A stretch of 63,677 nt of DNA, counting the filler, from a bacterium (GTDB lineage Bacteria > UBP15 > UBA6099 > JAJRTR01), in assembly GCA_024278215.1 (NCBI GenBank). It is 5 parts of 5 records of this genome, joined end to end, with 100 filler letters (N's around TTAATTAATTAA, not from the genome) between each part and the next. Parts side by side here need not be neighbours in the genome. Positions count along the whole stretch, not along the records: positions 1 to 14,374 come from JAJRTR010000008.1; positions 14,475 to 29,498 come from JAJRTR010000143.1; 3 more parts are not named here. One strand, written 5' to 3'. The translations under genes were made by a program, and so were the position numbers. Shown here piece after piece: positions 9,501 through 18,709 of the stretch (its first letter is position 1; each line of letters begins with the position of its first letter). The notes beneath the pieces were generated by a model. That model ran no database searches and was not told the origin of the DNA. It worked only from the letters and a program-made list of their open reading frames with translations.

Positions 9501-12382
9501 CGCTCGAACTCGACTTGTATGACGACGGTACAAACGGGGGCGACGCAACCGGCGGCGACGGCGAATTCACAAACAACGCTGTCGGCGCGGCGGCGGGCAC
9601 GGCCATCGGTTCGTATACTCTGACCGTCACCGCTACCGATATGGACCTCACAACCGGTTCCGCCACAGGCTCGCTCGATGTCGTCGACTGCCCCCCACCG
9701 ACGGATATTGCGACTGTGAACGACGGAACTGCCGCCGATATCGATGTAACAACTTCGACAACTCAGCTTTCCTGCAACTGGACCGCATCGTCCGACCCGG
9801 AAAGCGGCGTCGCGCGATACTGGTACTCGCTGGGCACAAGCGCCGGCGCGACAGACACTGTCGACTGGACGGACAACGCCGCCGCCTTGACTGTAACCCG
9901 CGCGGGGCTCGCCCTCACGGACGGTGTGACATATTACTGCAATGTCAAAGCGGAAAACGGCGCGGTAATGGTATCGAATGTCACAAGTTCCGACGGTCAA
10001 CTCGTGGACTCGACACCACCTGTGCAGAGCAACTGGAATCCGGCGGACGGATCGTCACTATGCGGAACTTCAGTGTCTGTCACGCTCGATACTGACGAAA
10101 ACGCCACTTGCGCATGGTCGCTCACCGACCAGGCCTACAGCGCGATGACGGACGCATGCACGGGCACGGGCACGACAAGCCACACATGCGCCGTCACCGG
10201 CCTTTCATCCGGCACGCAGTCGATATATATCGCCTGCACCGATAGTTACGGCAATGAACATTCGGCGGCAACAAATACGAGCCTGAGTTATTCGGTCGAC
10301 GGCGCTGCGCCCGTACAGAGCGTCTGGAACCCGGTGAAAGGCACAACGATTACGTCGACAAGCACCACTCTGATTTTCAATACCGACGAAAACGCCACCT
10401 GCGCATGGTCGCTCACCGACCAGACTTTCAGCGCGATGACAGGCAACTGTCCCATTACCGGCACTACAAGTCACTCATGCGACATAACAGGAATGCTCGA
10501 AGGCGCTGAAATGGTTTATACCGCATGCCGGGACGTATGCGGCAACGAGCAGACCACCTCGACAAATGAAAACATCGACTACATTGTGGATACGACGCCT
10601 CCGGTGCAGAGCAACTGGAATCCCGCCAAAGGGTCCATCCTGACGACTACAACGCAGGACATCACTTTCGATACGGACGAAAACGGGACATGCCGCTGGT
10701 CGCTCTCCGACCAGGCCTACAGCGCCATGGCGGACACCTGCCTCGGCGGCGGCACTTCGAGCCATACATGCCAGACAACAGGGCTCCAGCAGGGCGTCGA
10801 GATAGTCTACATCGCCTGCATAGACACTGTACTGAACGCCGACACTATCGCTTCCAACGAGGAAGTCGACTACACTGTCGACACCACGCCCCCGGCGGAT
10901 GTCCCCGTCTATGACGGAACCGGCGCGGATATCGACACACAGGGCGACTCCTCCTACCTTTCCTGCAACTGGGACGCGTCGACCGATGCCGAAACAGGCT
11001 TAGCGGACTATTACTACTCATTCGGCACTTCGGCGGGTGCGACCGACATCGTCAACTGGACCGACAACAACCTTGCGCAAACTGTCACCAGGACAGGACT
11101 GGTGCTTACGGTCGGCCAGATATATTACTGCAATGTTAGAGTAGTTAACGGCGCGGGCCTGCAATCCGGCGTCACAAGCTCGGACGGAGTGCTGATTGCC
11201 GACATAGCGCCCAGCCCGCCGGTACTCGCCGCGGCGGGCGAGGTGCACCAGATCAGGCTCACATGGACGCCGCCGACGACGACTATCGACGGCAATCCGC
11301 TCGACCCGGCCACCCTGGTATATAAGATATATAAATCAACAACCCAGGGCGGCCCCTACGCCGACCCGCCCCTGTTCACAACAGGCGCCGGCGTTACTAC
11401 TTATGTCGACACTGCCGTTGTCGACTGGACACGCTACTACTACGAGATAATCGCCGTACTGACAGGACCGGGGCTCGAAAGCAATTTTTCCAACGAAGCG
11501 GACGCCGTGCCGACAGACGATCCATACGTCTATATACAGTCATGCGGCTACCAGGACGATAATATTTATCACCCCGCCGACTACTGGGACTACAGCGGCA
11601 TCGCATATCTGAACGCGCCTTTTGACATCACCGCCGACAACGATTATCTCTACGTTTCCGATACGGACAACCACCGCATCCTGTCTTTCCGCCAGTCCGA
11701 CTGTTTCTTCATGGCACCGCCCTGGAGCGAGTTCGGTTTCGACGACGGCCGGCTTAAAAGGCCGAACGGCATTATCTTCGACAACGACAAGATATATGTT
11801 GTGGACCACACCAACCGTCTACAGATCTTCGACGCAGGCGCGGCCTCGGGCACTTTCCAGGTTAAATATACCGTGCCCGCTCCTTTTAATATTTCAAAAT
11901 CCGGAGACGGTAACCTGTACATAACTACATTCGACGACAGGGTTCTCAAGTTCGACCTCACAACCGGAACAATCGACCAGTCGGCTTCATTCGACACTAC
12001 ATCGCCCAGGGGCATCGTCTACAATCCTTCAAACGACAGGATATATGTCAGCGACCAGAACGCGAACATTATAAGGATTTTCGATCCGAGTACAGGACAG
12101 GAAACAGGAACCATCGGGAGTCCCGGAAGCAGAATAGGAGAATTCGACGAACCATTCGGACTGGCTGTCGATACGGCTGGAAATATTTATGTCGCCGACC
12201 GCAGAAACAACAGGGTACAGGTCTTCGACAACACGGGCAACATAGTGAATGTAATCGGAAGCTTCGGCTACACCGGCGGCAGCCTGCGAATGCCTATGGG
12301 GGTTGCGATTTCTCCGAGCACAGGCAACCTGTGGGTGGTCGACACTGCCAACCAGCGCATCGTCGAGTTTCAAAAACCGTAG
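3557..12382 (+). CDS. Giant secreted S8 (subtilisin-like) serine protease with PKD/Ig, PQQ-like propeller, repeated beta-sandwich modules, FN3 and NHL propeller
   Basis: Signal peptide; catalytic motifs VAVIDTG, GHGTAVAG, AAAGN, GTSLAA; internal repeats; C-terminal NHL repeats (GEFDEPFGLAVDTAGNIYVADRRNNRVQVFD). Confidence 0.9.
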   Translation: MRRSKQHFVYIYISTVFLILLTVAAKNAVAAGGRTTLSPGWQLVTIPYSLTEDNTCMVPENGEVFGISRNTYVMCNRMEGAWKLGKGYWVYADAETEFAVDGNPLPEAGSYKIFLKKGWNIIGTPYLFSVSVEDALLIDSIPITESKKVKPEIFAYDGENEVYVKAKKLEPWKGYLVLALEDTELDVSAIDADETAKRTRTLRIVNTPGAEAEEVGPEDFDPGDTITFWAAAYDETGVFIDNVPVDWSVEGDLPPVSSEPSDHITVTLPEEKTGGKLRAAFMDLIDKTGFLTIIGTGELYAFPFDEKTITEQDSETGTDYVASQIIAAISGGLDAAQVKDFIEGLGGRVIGRNVVAGIYQIKVPDGTAPEDFLKELDSEKSVLFASLNYIFSTGAYPDDPVFGPTAPPQQKWAFDRIGMPAIWDILAPVGEPVVAVIDTGVDVAHPDLADKLLPGRNFIDPSTPGDVTDAGGHGTAVAGVIGAEAGNGIGGAGICAGCRIMPLKACTAGGVCPVFNVANAITYAADNGAEIINLSIGAHLIPGTSAANILELVVNDAVAKGSLLVAAAGNDDTDMNTFYPARLRNVFAVAATDENDNRAPFSNYGSRVDIAAPGVNIYTTNTGGYGFYNGTSLAAAYVSGAAGLLMSVQYGLDNRSVKGYIQASADVIATDRMIGGRLNIKNMMAYFLNSNQPPVISSVAPAARSAATGAAVAVNVTASDPDADILSYTWSVEAGSITQGGDSAVWTLPAQRGSYKVTVVVTDSLGQSDEAEAYVLVLDGALEQLRIEPVNKVFEMGDIGQYQVYCLDNDAIYNGAAPVLCHADEWDLNANIGTLDDSGAFAATAEGGGRIYAAVDSVAASTRVTVAPAGGASLYTVADSTPCTTTWGPRCNMAGTNTTTNYLNPPLTRRAYYTTASQIRDQVIAYNGILYFGDAKGYIYGIDQTTMTEVWPPLDLTARPGSAFLGALDFDPTYKFVYAASNNGYVYKISIDGSTGWAAGTKVWEWTPNAGVDIFINTVTVDGSDIYVATYQEDGVPNVGRMYKITDGGGSASQSWEYPQAPAPPARSFWDKVVIDTIGGTKMAMAGSSGGVFYAVDTNTSNEICTYKPSPTTGFNSAPTLVNGFAYMGSSSGDFYKIDPDPASVVGGKCKSVWTPPVPVANKILSPASYKNNVFYFPAYTVSGTGKLYAVKETGAGPTDYTVLWSSELNGGLSIDPPVIYAAGAKPAGALIMTYNPGQALAFNLNDGSFIGDCIGLSSMLSTSVILPYNGDMEAYATSFNNLTALEKNFPPVITSYSLWEMPVNGVAMPPYGTTSASATVHVDDPNGTDDIVSVTIDITPIGGASDQSLYKSSSTKYYNKSDLIVETGSLPGTHEIIVTVTDFGGLQATAGQFIDVANLAPSIANLTFTPASVCNNGSTTSTVTADVSDPNGLADINTVQVELAPIKSGVSTPVDLFDDGTNGDATAGDGEYTNNTISADAGTAVGTYPIVVTVTDAAGETATDTENIAVVDCSPPTDIANVYDGPDAGIDIDVATSTTTLSCNWTASSDPQSGIDSYWYAIGSMPGATDILGWTSNGLNLTVTNSGLALTDGNTYYCTVKARNGSGLESNPANSDGQKVDSLPPVQSNWNPAGGSALCTSSPTVTLDTDENATCAWSLTDQAYSAMPGANACAGAGTTSHSCAVTGLVSGANTVYIACIDDLLNENTALDNTELAYTADIDPPVQSAWNPAKSSSLTSSSVDVDFTTDENATCKWSLSDDDYAVMPGANSCAGAGTTNLTCAATGLSQGPEFVYISCQDACGNEDTTATNEDIDYTVDATPPTDPSPVNDGTGADIDVTNTTSELSCNWAASSDPESGVAKYWYSFGTSAGASDTVSWTDNAAATTVTKNGLTLTDGQTYYCNVQAENGVGLMSGVITSDGQLVKTPQPPTVANVQFAPASVCADGSTTSTVTANASDPNGLPDINTVRIQLQPINNGTPLELDLYDDGTNGGDATGGDGEFTNNAVGAAAGTAIGSYTLTVTATDMDLTTGSATGSLDVVDCPPPTDIATVNDGTAADIDVTTSTTQLSCNWTASSDPESGVARYWYSLGTSAGATDTVDWTDNAAALTVTRAGLALTDGVTYYCNVKAENGAVMVSNVTSSDGQLVDSTPPVQSNWNPADGSSLCGTSVSVTLDTDENATCAWSLTDQAYSAMTDACTGTGTTSHTCAVTGLSSGTQSIYIACTDSYGNEHSAATNTSLSYSVDGAAPVQSVWNPVKGTTITSTSTTLIFNTDENATCAWSLTDQTFSAMTGNCPITGTTSHSCDITGMLEGAEMVYTACRDVCGNEQTTSTNENIDYIVDTTPPVQSNWNPAKGSILTTTTQDITFDTDENGTCRWSLSDQAYSAMADTCLGGGTSSHTCQTTGLQQGVEIVYIACIDTVLNADTIASNEEVDYTVDTTPPADVPVYDGTGADIDTQGDSSYLSCNWDASTDAETGLADYYYSFGTSAGATDIVNWTDNNLAQTVTRTGLVLTVGQIYYCNVRVVNGAGLQSGVTSSDGVLIADIAPSPPVLAAAGEVHQIRLTWTPPTTTIDGNPLDPATLVYKIYKSTTQGGPYADPPLFTTGAGVTTYVDTAVVDWTRYYYEIIAVLTGPGLESNFSNEADAVPTDDPYVYIQSCGYQDDNIYHPADYWDYSGIAYLNAPFDITADNDYLYVSDTDNHRILSFRQSDCFFMAPPWSEFGFDDGRLKRPNGIIFDNDKIYVVDHTNRLQIFDAGAASGTFQVKYTVPAPFNISKSGDGNLYITTFDDRVLKFDLTTGTIDQSASFDTTSPRGIVYNPSNDRIYVSDQNANIIRIFDPSTGQETGTIGSPGSRIGEFDEPFGLAVDTAGNIYVADRRNNRVQVFDNTGNIVNVIGSFGYTGGSLRMPMGVAISPSTGNLWVVDTANQRIVEFQKP
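7430..11200 (+). repeat. Intragenic modular repeat block (3x DPNG module, 4x LSCNW module, 5x PVQSxWNP Cys-rich module)
   Basis: tcctgcaactgg recurs near 8183, 9098, 9771, 10962; gt(g/a)cagagc..tggaa recurs near 8435, 8732, 10022, 10313, 10604. Boundaries approximate. Confidence 0.85.
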
Positions 12383-12466
12383 TGAAAAACCTCAATCTTC
12401 GCAATACAACGAAGTAAAGTGTTCGAGCAAAAAAGGCTGTGTTTATTGTGATATTACATTTCTTTA

Positions 12467-13993
12467 TTATCTTATGTAACCAGTGAGTTTAATACTCATT
12501 TTTGCAACGTCTGTGATCATCTCCCGATATTTTTCTTTTTCATAATCAGAGTCATACGTAATCATGCCTACAACATCCATATTATCGGAAAGAAACGCGA
12601 TGTCTTTCAGCGGTATCCGGCCTTCAACCGAATATCTGCCGATCCCGAATATCTTGTATTCCGCATCAGCTTTTTCTTTAACAGTCTCATATTTCTTTAT
12701 GCAGTTTTCAGTGCATTTTTTCCCGAAGGAAACGGCGGCGAAAGGTGTGTTGTCAATGATATTCATGAAATATTGACGGCTGTCCTCGGACAGGACGTTA
12801 AAGAAAGTCACCGCATATTGACCTCTCGGTACCCTCTGGGGAATCACAAAAGATGATATGGTATCATCCCCTGTTTTTCCCGGGTTCACATCCATTCTCC
12901 AGTATAGATAATTATCGTCTTTCGCAAAGTACAATGAATCGATGTGATCGAAATCGGCATTATTGTCCGACCTGAATTTCAGCAGCACGCAGGCGCTTAC
13001 ACCGATCCAATCTGAAATATCTCCGTCTGCCGTGATCTCTCTTTCCTCCGGCGCACACCGCCTGCTTATCCTTTCAACAAGTTTCCATTCGCCATTTATC
13101 AGATTGAATTTGTTGTCCATATAAAAAGCGTCGGAAATTGTTTTCTCATATCCCGTCTCCCTCAATACGATTTTCTCGATAGTGCCTACCACGGCGGTTT
13201 TCCCGTTTATAACAACATTTTCGATCTCCACATCAAACTGTTGTATACTGACGGACGAATTGAATTTTTCTATCGCGTCTGCAAGTTCGGAATAACTATA
13301 TACATAGTTTGAGATCTCGACCGTTGCCGTTTCCGCGAACAGACCCATAACCGCGGCTGTGTCTGATTCGCGAAATCCCGCAATCAGATTCCTCATTAGT
13401 TTTTTCAACTTTTCAACAGCAGCAGTTGTATCACCGGGAGAAGAATATGTTTTTGTGAGGTTGCCCACTGCATCATTGAAACTCGTGTTGTTTAATAAAA
13501 TCGTGACTGCGTCTGTAGCGTTTTCCGCATCATCGAAATTTATGTTTTTCGCAATTCCTGACAGCTCGTCACCAATAAACTTCAGTTCCGCGGCAGAATA
13601 GTTGTCTGGATCGAAAACGCCTCCGAGCAGCCATTCCGTAAGCGCTTCCGACACCGGATCGATACGCACGGAACCTGAAGTTGCTATTGCACGAAGCCGT
13701 CCCATTGATGTTATCGCTTCAACTACTGTTTTCCCCGGCTTCTCAGCGCCGCGCGCGACATCTATCGAGAACCTGCCGTCTTTTCCTGACTTCACGCCTG
13801 TTGTGAGCATTTCACCATCTGTTGTGTACACGCTCATAGCTGCATCCGGTGCCGGATGCAGCTTTCCCGATGTCGTCCGCTCTGAAGCAGGCGCTGGAAT
13901 TTGAACACTACCGGAAATTTCTTTTGCGGCGAGGTGACCGCCGTACAACATTACAACAGTCATACACACGATGGTTGACAGCCATATTTTCAT
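12467..13993 (-). CDS. Secreted hypothetical protein with probable NTF2/SnoaL-like central domain
   Basis: Signal-like N-terminus MKIWLSTIVCM; segment with helix then VVINGKTAVV...NGEWKLV resembles an NTF2 fold; later ITADGDISDW motif. Confidence 0.5.
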   Translation of the reverse strand: MKIWLSTIVCMTVVMLYGGHLAAKEISGSVQIPAPASERTTSGKLHPAPDAAMSVYTTDGEMLTTGVKSGKDGRFSIDVARGAEKPGKTVVEAITSMGRLRAIATSGSVRIDPVSEALTEWLLGGVFDPDNYSAAELKFIGDELSGIAKNINFDDAENATDAVTILLNNTSFNDAVGNLTKTYSSPGDTTAAVEKLKKLMRNLIAGFRESDTAAVMGLFAETATVEISNYVYSYSELADAIEKFNSSVSIQQFDVEIENVVINGKTAVVGTIEKIVLRETGYEKTISDAFYMDNKFNLINGEWKLVERISRRCAPEEREITADGDISDWIGVSACVLLKFRSDNNADFDHIDSLYFAKDDNYLYWRMDVNPGKTGDDTISSFVIPQRVPRGQYAVTFFNVLSEDSRQYFMNIIDNTPFAAVSFGKKCTENCIKKYETVKEKADAEYKIFGIGRYSVEGRIPLKDIAFLSDNMDVVGMITYDSDYEKEKYREMITDVAKMSIKLTGYIR

Positions 13994-14234
13994 TCGATCA
14001 CTTAACAAAAGCAACACCCCTGAATATTTTGTGTGGTAATTTCAGCGTAATATAAGAAAAGTATACTTAATGGAATTTGCATTTGCAAATTCACTATGTC
14101 TGACGTTAGCGGATGCGTGATATGCAAGAGATGTCGCGCGAAATATGTTTTGTACTGCTCGCACGGGACGCAATCGCGATTTGCTCATTCCCGGATTCTG
14201 TGGTATTCTAAACTCAGAACAAGTTTACACTGAT

Positions 14235-14374
14235 GAGCCAATTGCAAAATTATGTTCGTAGCGAGATCGAGCGAAATTGTTCGGAGCAAGGCGGAGGTGT
14301 AAAATCCTCGCAGGCGTACTTGTAGAGTACGTCGAGGACGATTTTGTGCCGACAACGCAGCTATGGACAATAGC
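14235..14374 (+). mobile_element. MITE family A copy, truncated by contig end
   Basis: Starts gagccaattgcaaaatt; core gcaaggcggaggtgtaaaatcctcgcaggcgtacttgtagagtacgtcgagga shared with copies at 29599, 33786 and 51767. Confidence 0.85.
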
Positions 14375-14474
14375 NNNNNNNNNNNNNNNNNNNNNNNNNN
14401 NNNNNNNNNNNNNNNNNNTTAATTAATTAANNNNNNNNNNNNNNNNNNNNNNNNNNNNNNNNNNNNNNNNNNNN
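14375..14474. other. Artificial contig spacer
   Basis: N44-ttaattaattaa-N44 (stops in all frames). Confidence 0.99.
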
Positions 14475-15469
14475 GCTTCGGGCATTCCTACAAAAGCCAC
14501 GGCATCGACAGTAGCGGTGGCGACAGTGATCGCCTGCGGCGCCGCGCAGCCGATGTCCTCGGCGGCGAAAATCACCATGCGTCTGGCGATAAACTCGGGT
14601 TGCTCGCCGCCTTCGAGCAGCCGCAGCATCCAGTACAGAGCGGCGTCCGGGTTGCTTCCACGCATACTTTTTATAAACGCGGAAACCATATCGAAACGAT
14701 TCGTTTCGAGACGACCATAGTCGAGGCTTCGCCTGCTTGCTGTCTCGCGGACGAGTTCGGGTGTGATCGTACCGCCCTTCCCCGCGAGTCTCGACGCCAG
14801 ATCGAGCAAGTTGAGCAACACGCGCGCGTCGCCGTTCGAGAAAAACATGAGCTCTTCGCGAACATCCTCGCCGATATCGCCGCATGTCTGCAATTCTCCT
14901 GAACCAACCACCCTGTCGATGAGTTTGTTCATCGCGTCGTCGTCGAGTTTGTCGAAATGGAAAATGGAAATTCGTGATCTCAGCGCTGGATTGAGCGCGA
15001 AATAGGGATTTTCAGTTGTAGCGCCGATGAGGGTGAGAAGCCCGCTCTCGAGGTGCGGCAGGAACGCATCCTGCTGGACTTTATTAAAACGGTGGAATTC
15101 GTCGACAAAAATAATCGTGCGCTGTTCACTTGTTGTGATGCGCCGCTCGGCACCTCGCACTACTTTCCTGATATCCTCGAGTTTAGATGTCACAGCGCTG
15201 TATTCCTCGAAAAACGCGCCGGTGCGTTTCGCCATGATACGTGCGAAAGTAGTTTTGCCCGTGCCGGGTGGTCCCCAGAAAACCATCGAAGCGAGAACCG
15301 ATTCATCATGTATCTTCCGAAGTGGTTTCCCCTCGCCGAGTATGTGAAGCTGGCCGGCAAGTTCTTCAAGCGAGCGGGGCCGCATTTTTTCCGCAAGGCC
15401 TCGCACACGTTCGAGTTCTTCGCCGAGGCGGCTGGTGAATAAATCGTTGTCGTTTCCCGATGCCGGCAT
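14475..15469 (-). CDS. rarA: Replication-associated recombination protein A (AAA+ ATPase), 3' end cut by contig boundary
   Basis: LAEKMRP, GPPGTGKT Walker A, FVDEFHRFNK.QQDAFLP, IGATTENP, SAFIKSMRGSNPDAALYW. Confidence 0.93.
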
Positions 15470-15623
15470 TTCAAGCCTTATCCCCCCGCGCAGTGAAAAA
15501 AGCGGGTTACTCACATTGTTGATAAACAATTATAACAGATAAGAACAACATTTCATTACGCGGCCCGCCGGTACGTTGCAGGCAGGAGAAAAATAGAGTG
15601 GATATTATTGGTATAATAAAGGC

Positions 15624-16633
15624 TTATCGGGCGAGTTGGGATGTGATATAATCGTCGACGCCCATGACGTATTCGCCTTCCTGCGGTATTCCGGCGATCA
15701 CCAGTTTCCATGTGTATGTGTCTTTATGACGTGCGAAATAGCAGGCGAATACCGCATTCGTCGACCTTCTGTTTTCGAGAGTGCCGGTGTCGAGCTGATA
15801 ATGTATGTGAGGGAACATCGAGATGCCGGTGTCGCCCGCGCGGCCAAGCAACTGACCACGTTCGACATAATCGCCGGGGCGCACGACTATGCTGTCTTTC
15901 ATCAGATGATGGATGTTGCTGAATTCGCCTTTTGCGTGTTCGATGACAACATAATTCGACTTGTGCTTTTTTGTGATTACGATCAGGGGTCTGTGGTCCT
16001 TCTGGTCGGTTCTCGTTTTGACCACAACCCCTTCGGCCGGTGCCAGGACCGGCAGGCCCCAGGCATAATAATTCTTGTTTTTACCAGCGTTGCCCGTGGA
16101 CATGCTCCCTTTTTTCATTACGACGAAATCCCATGCGAATTCGCCGCTTGTGCCGGGTTTATGCGAAATCCAACTGCTGTTGCCCTGTGCGACGAAACAC
16201 TCACCTCTGAAAGGAAAGTGAGTATGGTCCGCCGGCTGTTCATTCTCTCGGATGACGGAACAGCAGGCGAATAGACTTCAGAGGTTATAGGGTCTTCCTC
16301 TTTAAACAATTCGAATAGCATTTGCGCATCATCATGGGAAAGCAGGTTAAGAAAATCATCTATTCGAGGATATTTGTTTTCCCTTATCCACAGGGTGAGA
16401 CGCTCGAGCGGCTCTCTCTGGTCGACTTTGAAATAACCTTCACTGAAAAGAATCCTGTCGAGTTTCTTTTTAAAGTCCCTCGAGTGGCTTTCGATTTCCG
16501 CCAGCATTCGGGATTCGGGAGAGAATGAATAGTTATGCGCGCCGCGGCACATTGTCGGCATAAACAACAAAAATATGAAAACGAGCGCTGGAGTCGACAA
16601 ATAAAAAATCAGATGTTTTTCAAGCCTTCGCAT
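15624..16633 (-). pseudogene. M23 family metallopeptidase split by a frameshift
   Basis: The signal-peptide ORF 16118..16633 and the M23 ORF 15624..16118 (PVLAPAEGVV, YVVIEH, PHIHY) are bridged by an alternative frame reading FPFRGECFVAQGN..SH..FAWDFVV, in frame with the downstream ORF. Confidence 0.7.
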
Positions 16634-16760
16634 AATGAGACGGCCTACTCCCTGACGGATTGCGATGTCTTTGTTTCAGATTATAGTTATATTATACACC
16701 ATTCCCAAATATAATGCGGACGTTTCCCCGAAACTGAATAGTGCTATAATTATAGTTGCC

Positions 16761-17873
16761 ATGAAAAGCAAAATAAAATATATGCGGATGGCTGTCAGGC
16801 TGGCGGAGCAAGGCAGGGGACGCACATCGCCAAACCCGATGGTAGGTGCCGTCATCGTGCGCGACGGCGTTATAGTCGGCGAAGGCTGGCATCGCCGGGC
16901 GGGAACGCCACATGCGGAGCGACACGCGCTCGAGTCGGCAGGCGAAAAGGCAAAGGGCGCGGATATTTATGTCAATCTCGAACCCTGCTCGCACCAGGGC
17001 CGCACTCCGCCATGTGCGCCCGCGCTGGTCAGGGCGGGCATTGCGCGCGTCTTCATCGGTATGCGCGACCCGAATCCGCTTGTGGCCGGACGTGGTATAA
17101 AAATACTCGAAGATGCGGGACTGCATGTCGAGTCGGGCATTCTCGAGAAAGAATGCCTGCGCCTGAATGAAGCTTTTGTCAAGCATATTACAACAGGTTT
17201 GCCGTTTGTCATTCTCAAAGGTGCGATGACTCTGGACGGCAAGACAGCGACAAAAACCGGTGAATCGAAATGGATCACCTGCGGTGAAAGCCGTGCGCTC
17301 GTGCACAAGTTGCGGGGCGAAGTCGATGCCGTGATCGTCGGCAGTGGAACGATGCTGTGCGACGACCCGAGCCTGACTTCGCGAATCGAAAGCAAAATTA
17401 AAGACCCGTACCGCGTTGTTCTGGACAGCAAGCTGAAGACAGAAATCGACTCGAACTTCTGCAAACTTGCCGCCGACGGAAAAAGCATAATAGTGACAAC
17501 GCGGGAATTATCAGATGAAAAAGCAGTCGCGCTTGCAGACGCTGGCTGCCGTGTTATTCGAGTGAGAGCCGGCGGAAACGGCAGTTGCGACCTGGAGGAT
17601 ACGCTCAGGAAACTCGGCGGCATGGATGTCGCCTCCGTCATGGTGGAAGGCGGCGGCGAACTTCACTTCTCACTGCTCGAGGCGGGTCTCGCGGACAAAG
17701 TGATGGTTTTTATCGCACCGAAACTTCTTGGCGGGCGCGGCAGTAAAACACTTGTCGAAGGCGATGGTTTCCCCGCGATTTCTTCGTCTGCAACATTGAA
17801 AGATATACGAATCAGCAATATCGGAACAGACCTTCTTGTCGAGGCGTATCTCAACGATTCAGGCTCTGTTTAA
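16761..17873 (+). CDS. ribD: Bifunctional riboflavin biosynthesis deaminase/reductase
   Basis: TSPNPMVG, HAE and LEPCSHQGRTPPC zinc motifs; TLDGK, DDPSLT, VMVEGG. Confidence 0.96.
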   Translation: MKSKIKYMRMAVRLAEQGRGRTSPNPMVGAVIVRDGVIVGEGWHRRAGTPHAERHALESAGEKAKGADIYVNLEPCSHQGRTPPCAPALVRAGIARVFIGMRDPNPLVAGRGIKILEDAGLHVESGILEKECLRLNEAFVKHITTGLPFVILKGAMTLDGKTATKTGESKWITCGESRALVHKLRGEVDAVIVGSGTMLCDDPSLTSRIESKIKDPYRVVLDSKLKTEIDSNFCKLAADGKSIIVTTRELSDEKAVALADAGCRVIRVRAGGNGSCDLEDTLRKLGGMDVASVMVEGGGELHFSLLEAGLADKVMVFIAPKLLGGRGSKTLVEGDGFPAISSSATLKDIRISNIGTDLLVEAYLNDSGSV

Positions 17874-18583
17874 ATCGGCAGTTTTTCGAGAATCGTCTGT
17901 AGTCCCGAATTCACGGGGCTCAGTGTGCTCAGCACGGGTGCGATAAGTTCGAGAAGTTTCTTGAGATTTACATCCGGGCTGAACCTGACCCAGCCCTCCT
18001 CCATAATTTCGTTTACCGCTTCAGCCATTTTCACGCCCATAAGCAAAATGCGCGCGCCGTCGTCCGATTCTTCATAGGCTTTTTTGAAAGCATTAAAGAA
18101 TTGTATATTCGCAACTTTAAGGATTCCAAGTTCGATGTGTTCCATACCTTCCTGTTGCTTGATGAAGTCGGAGAAATGATCGAACGCGTCTTCCATTTTA
18201 TCGTTGTAGAGCAGTTCCGCGCCCTTGATGAAACCGTCTTCGCCGAGTTTTGTTTTAAGAGGATAGAATTCAGTGTAAACGCCGTCTTCCGCATATTCCA
18301 CCGCGGACCAGATAATCTCGTCGCCGTCTGTGTTTGTGATAATTGTGAGCATGCTGGGGTTGTCGCCCAGTATCGCCTTTGCGCCGCCGTTTTTAAGCAG
18401 ATGGTAGATCGCCCTTGCGTCGATATCGAAGGGGACGAAATAGGGGTCGACCATCGCCTCGTCGCGGCTGACGTCTTCGCCTTCGTGCATCCTCTTCATT
18501 ACGTCGCAGACATCAAGCCACATTGCTTTGAACGATTCCGCGCCCCATGACATAATTTCTTTTTCTTCCTGTGTCAATGCCAT
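17870..18583 (-). CDS. Hypothetical protein
   Basis: 237-aa ORF with upstream gaggtg RBS; no motif recognised. Confidence 0.7.
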   Translation of the reverse strand: MALTQEEKEIMSWGAESFKAMWLDVCDVMKRMHEGEDVSRDEAMVDPYFVPFDIDARAIYHLLKNGGAKAILGDNPSMLTIITNTDGDEIIWSAVEYAEDGVYTEFYPLKTKLGEDGFIKGAELLYNDKMEDAFDHFSDFIKQQEGMEHIELGILKVANIQFFNAFKKAYEESDDGARILLMGVKMAEAVNEIMEEGWVRFSPDVNLKKLLELIAPVLSTLSPVNSGLQTILEKLPI

Positions 18584-18709
18584 TTCTTTTCACCTCTTCC
18601 TTTCCTCATTTTGCAGTCCCTGCGGACCGCTTCCTCATATTATCTGTATTCTGCTGTTTGTCAAATAAATAATTTCGTAATGTCGAGCCAATTGCAGCAA
18701 ATGGAATGT

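Noticed and set aside
7430-11200. Periodic repeats as a CRISPR array or DGR template/variable repeats
   Set aside because: The repeats are in-frame protein modules with codon-type divergence; no cas genes or reverse transcriptase in the window.
14160-14200. gggacgcaa resembling a c-di-GMP-I riboswitch
   Set aside because: The preceding GGCAAAC/GAAA stem and the second stem are absent.
14375-14474. Repeated ttaattaattaa motif in N runs (also 29499, 42225, 60198) and ORFs running into them
   Set aside because: Artificial contig spacers; adjacency across them is not biological.
16634-16760. FMN riboswitch upstream of ribD, and Moco motif upstream of moaA (3291-3556)
   Set aside because: No conserved aptamer blocks visible; both regions look like AT-rich divergent promoters.
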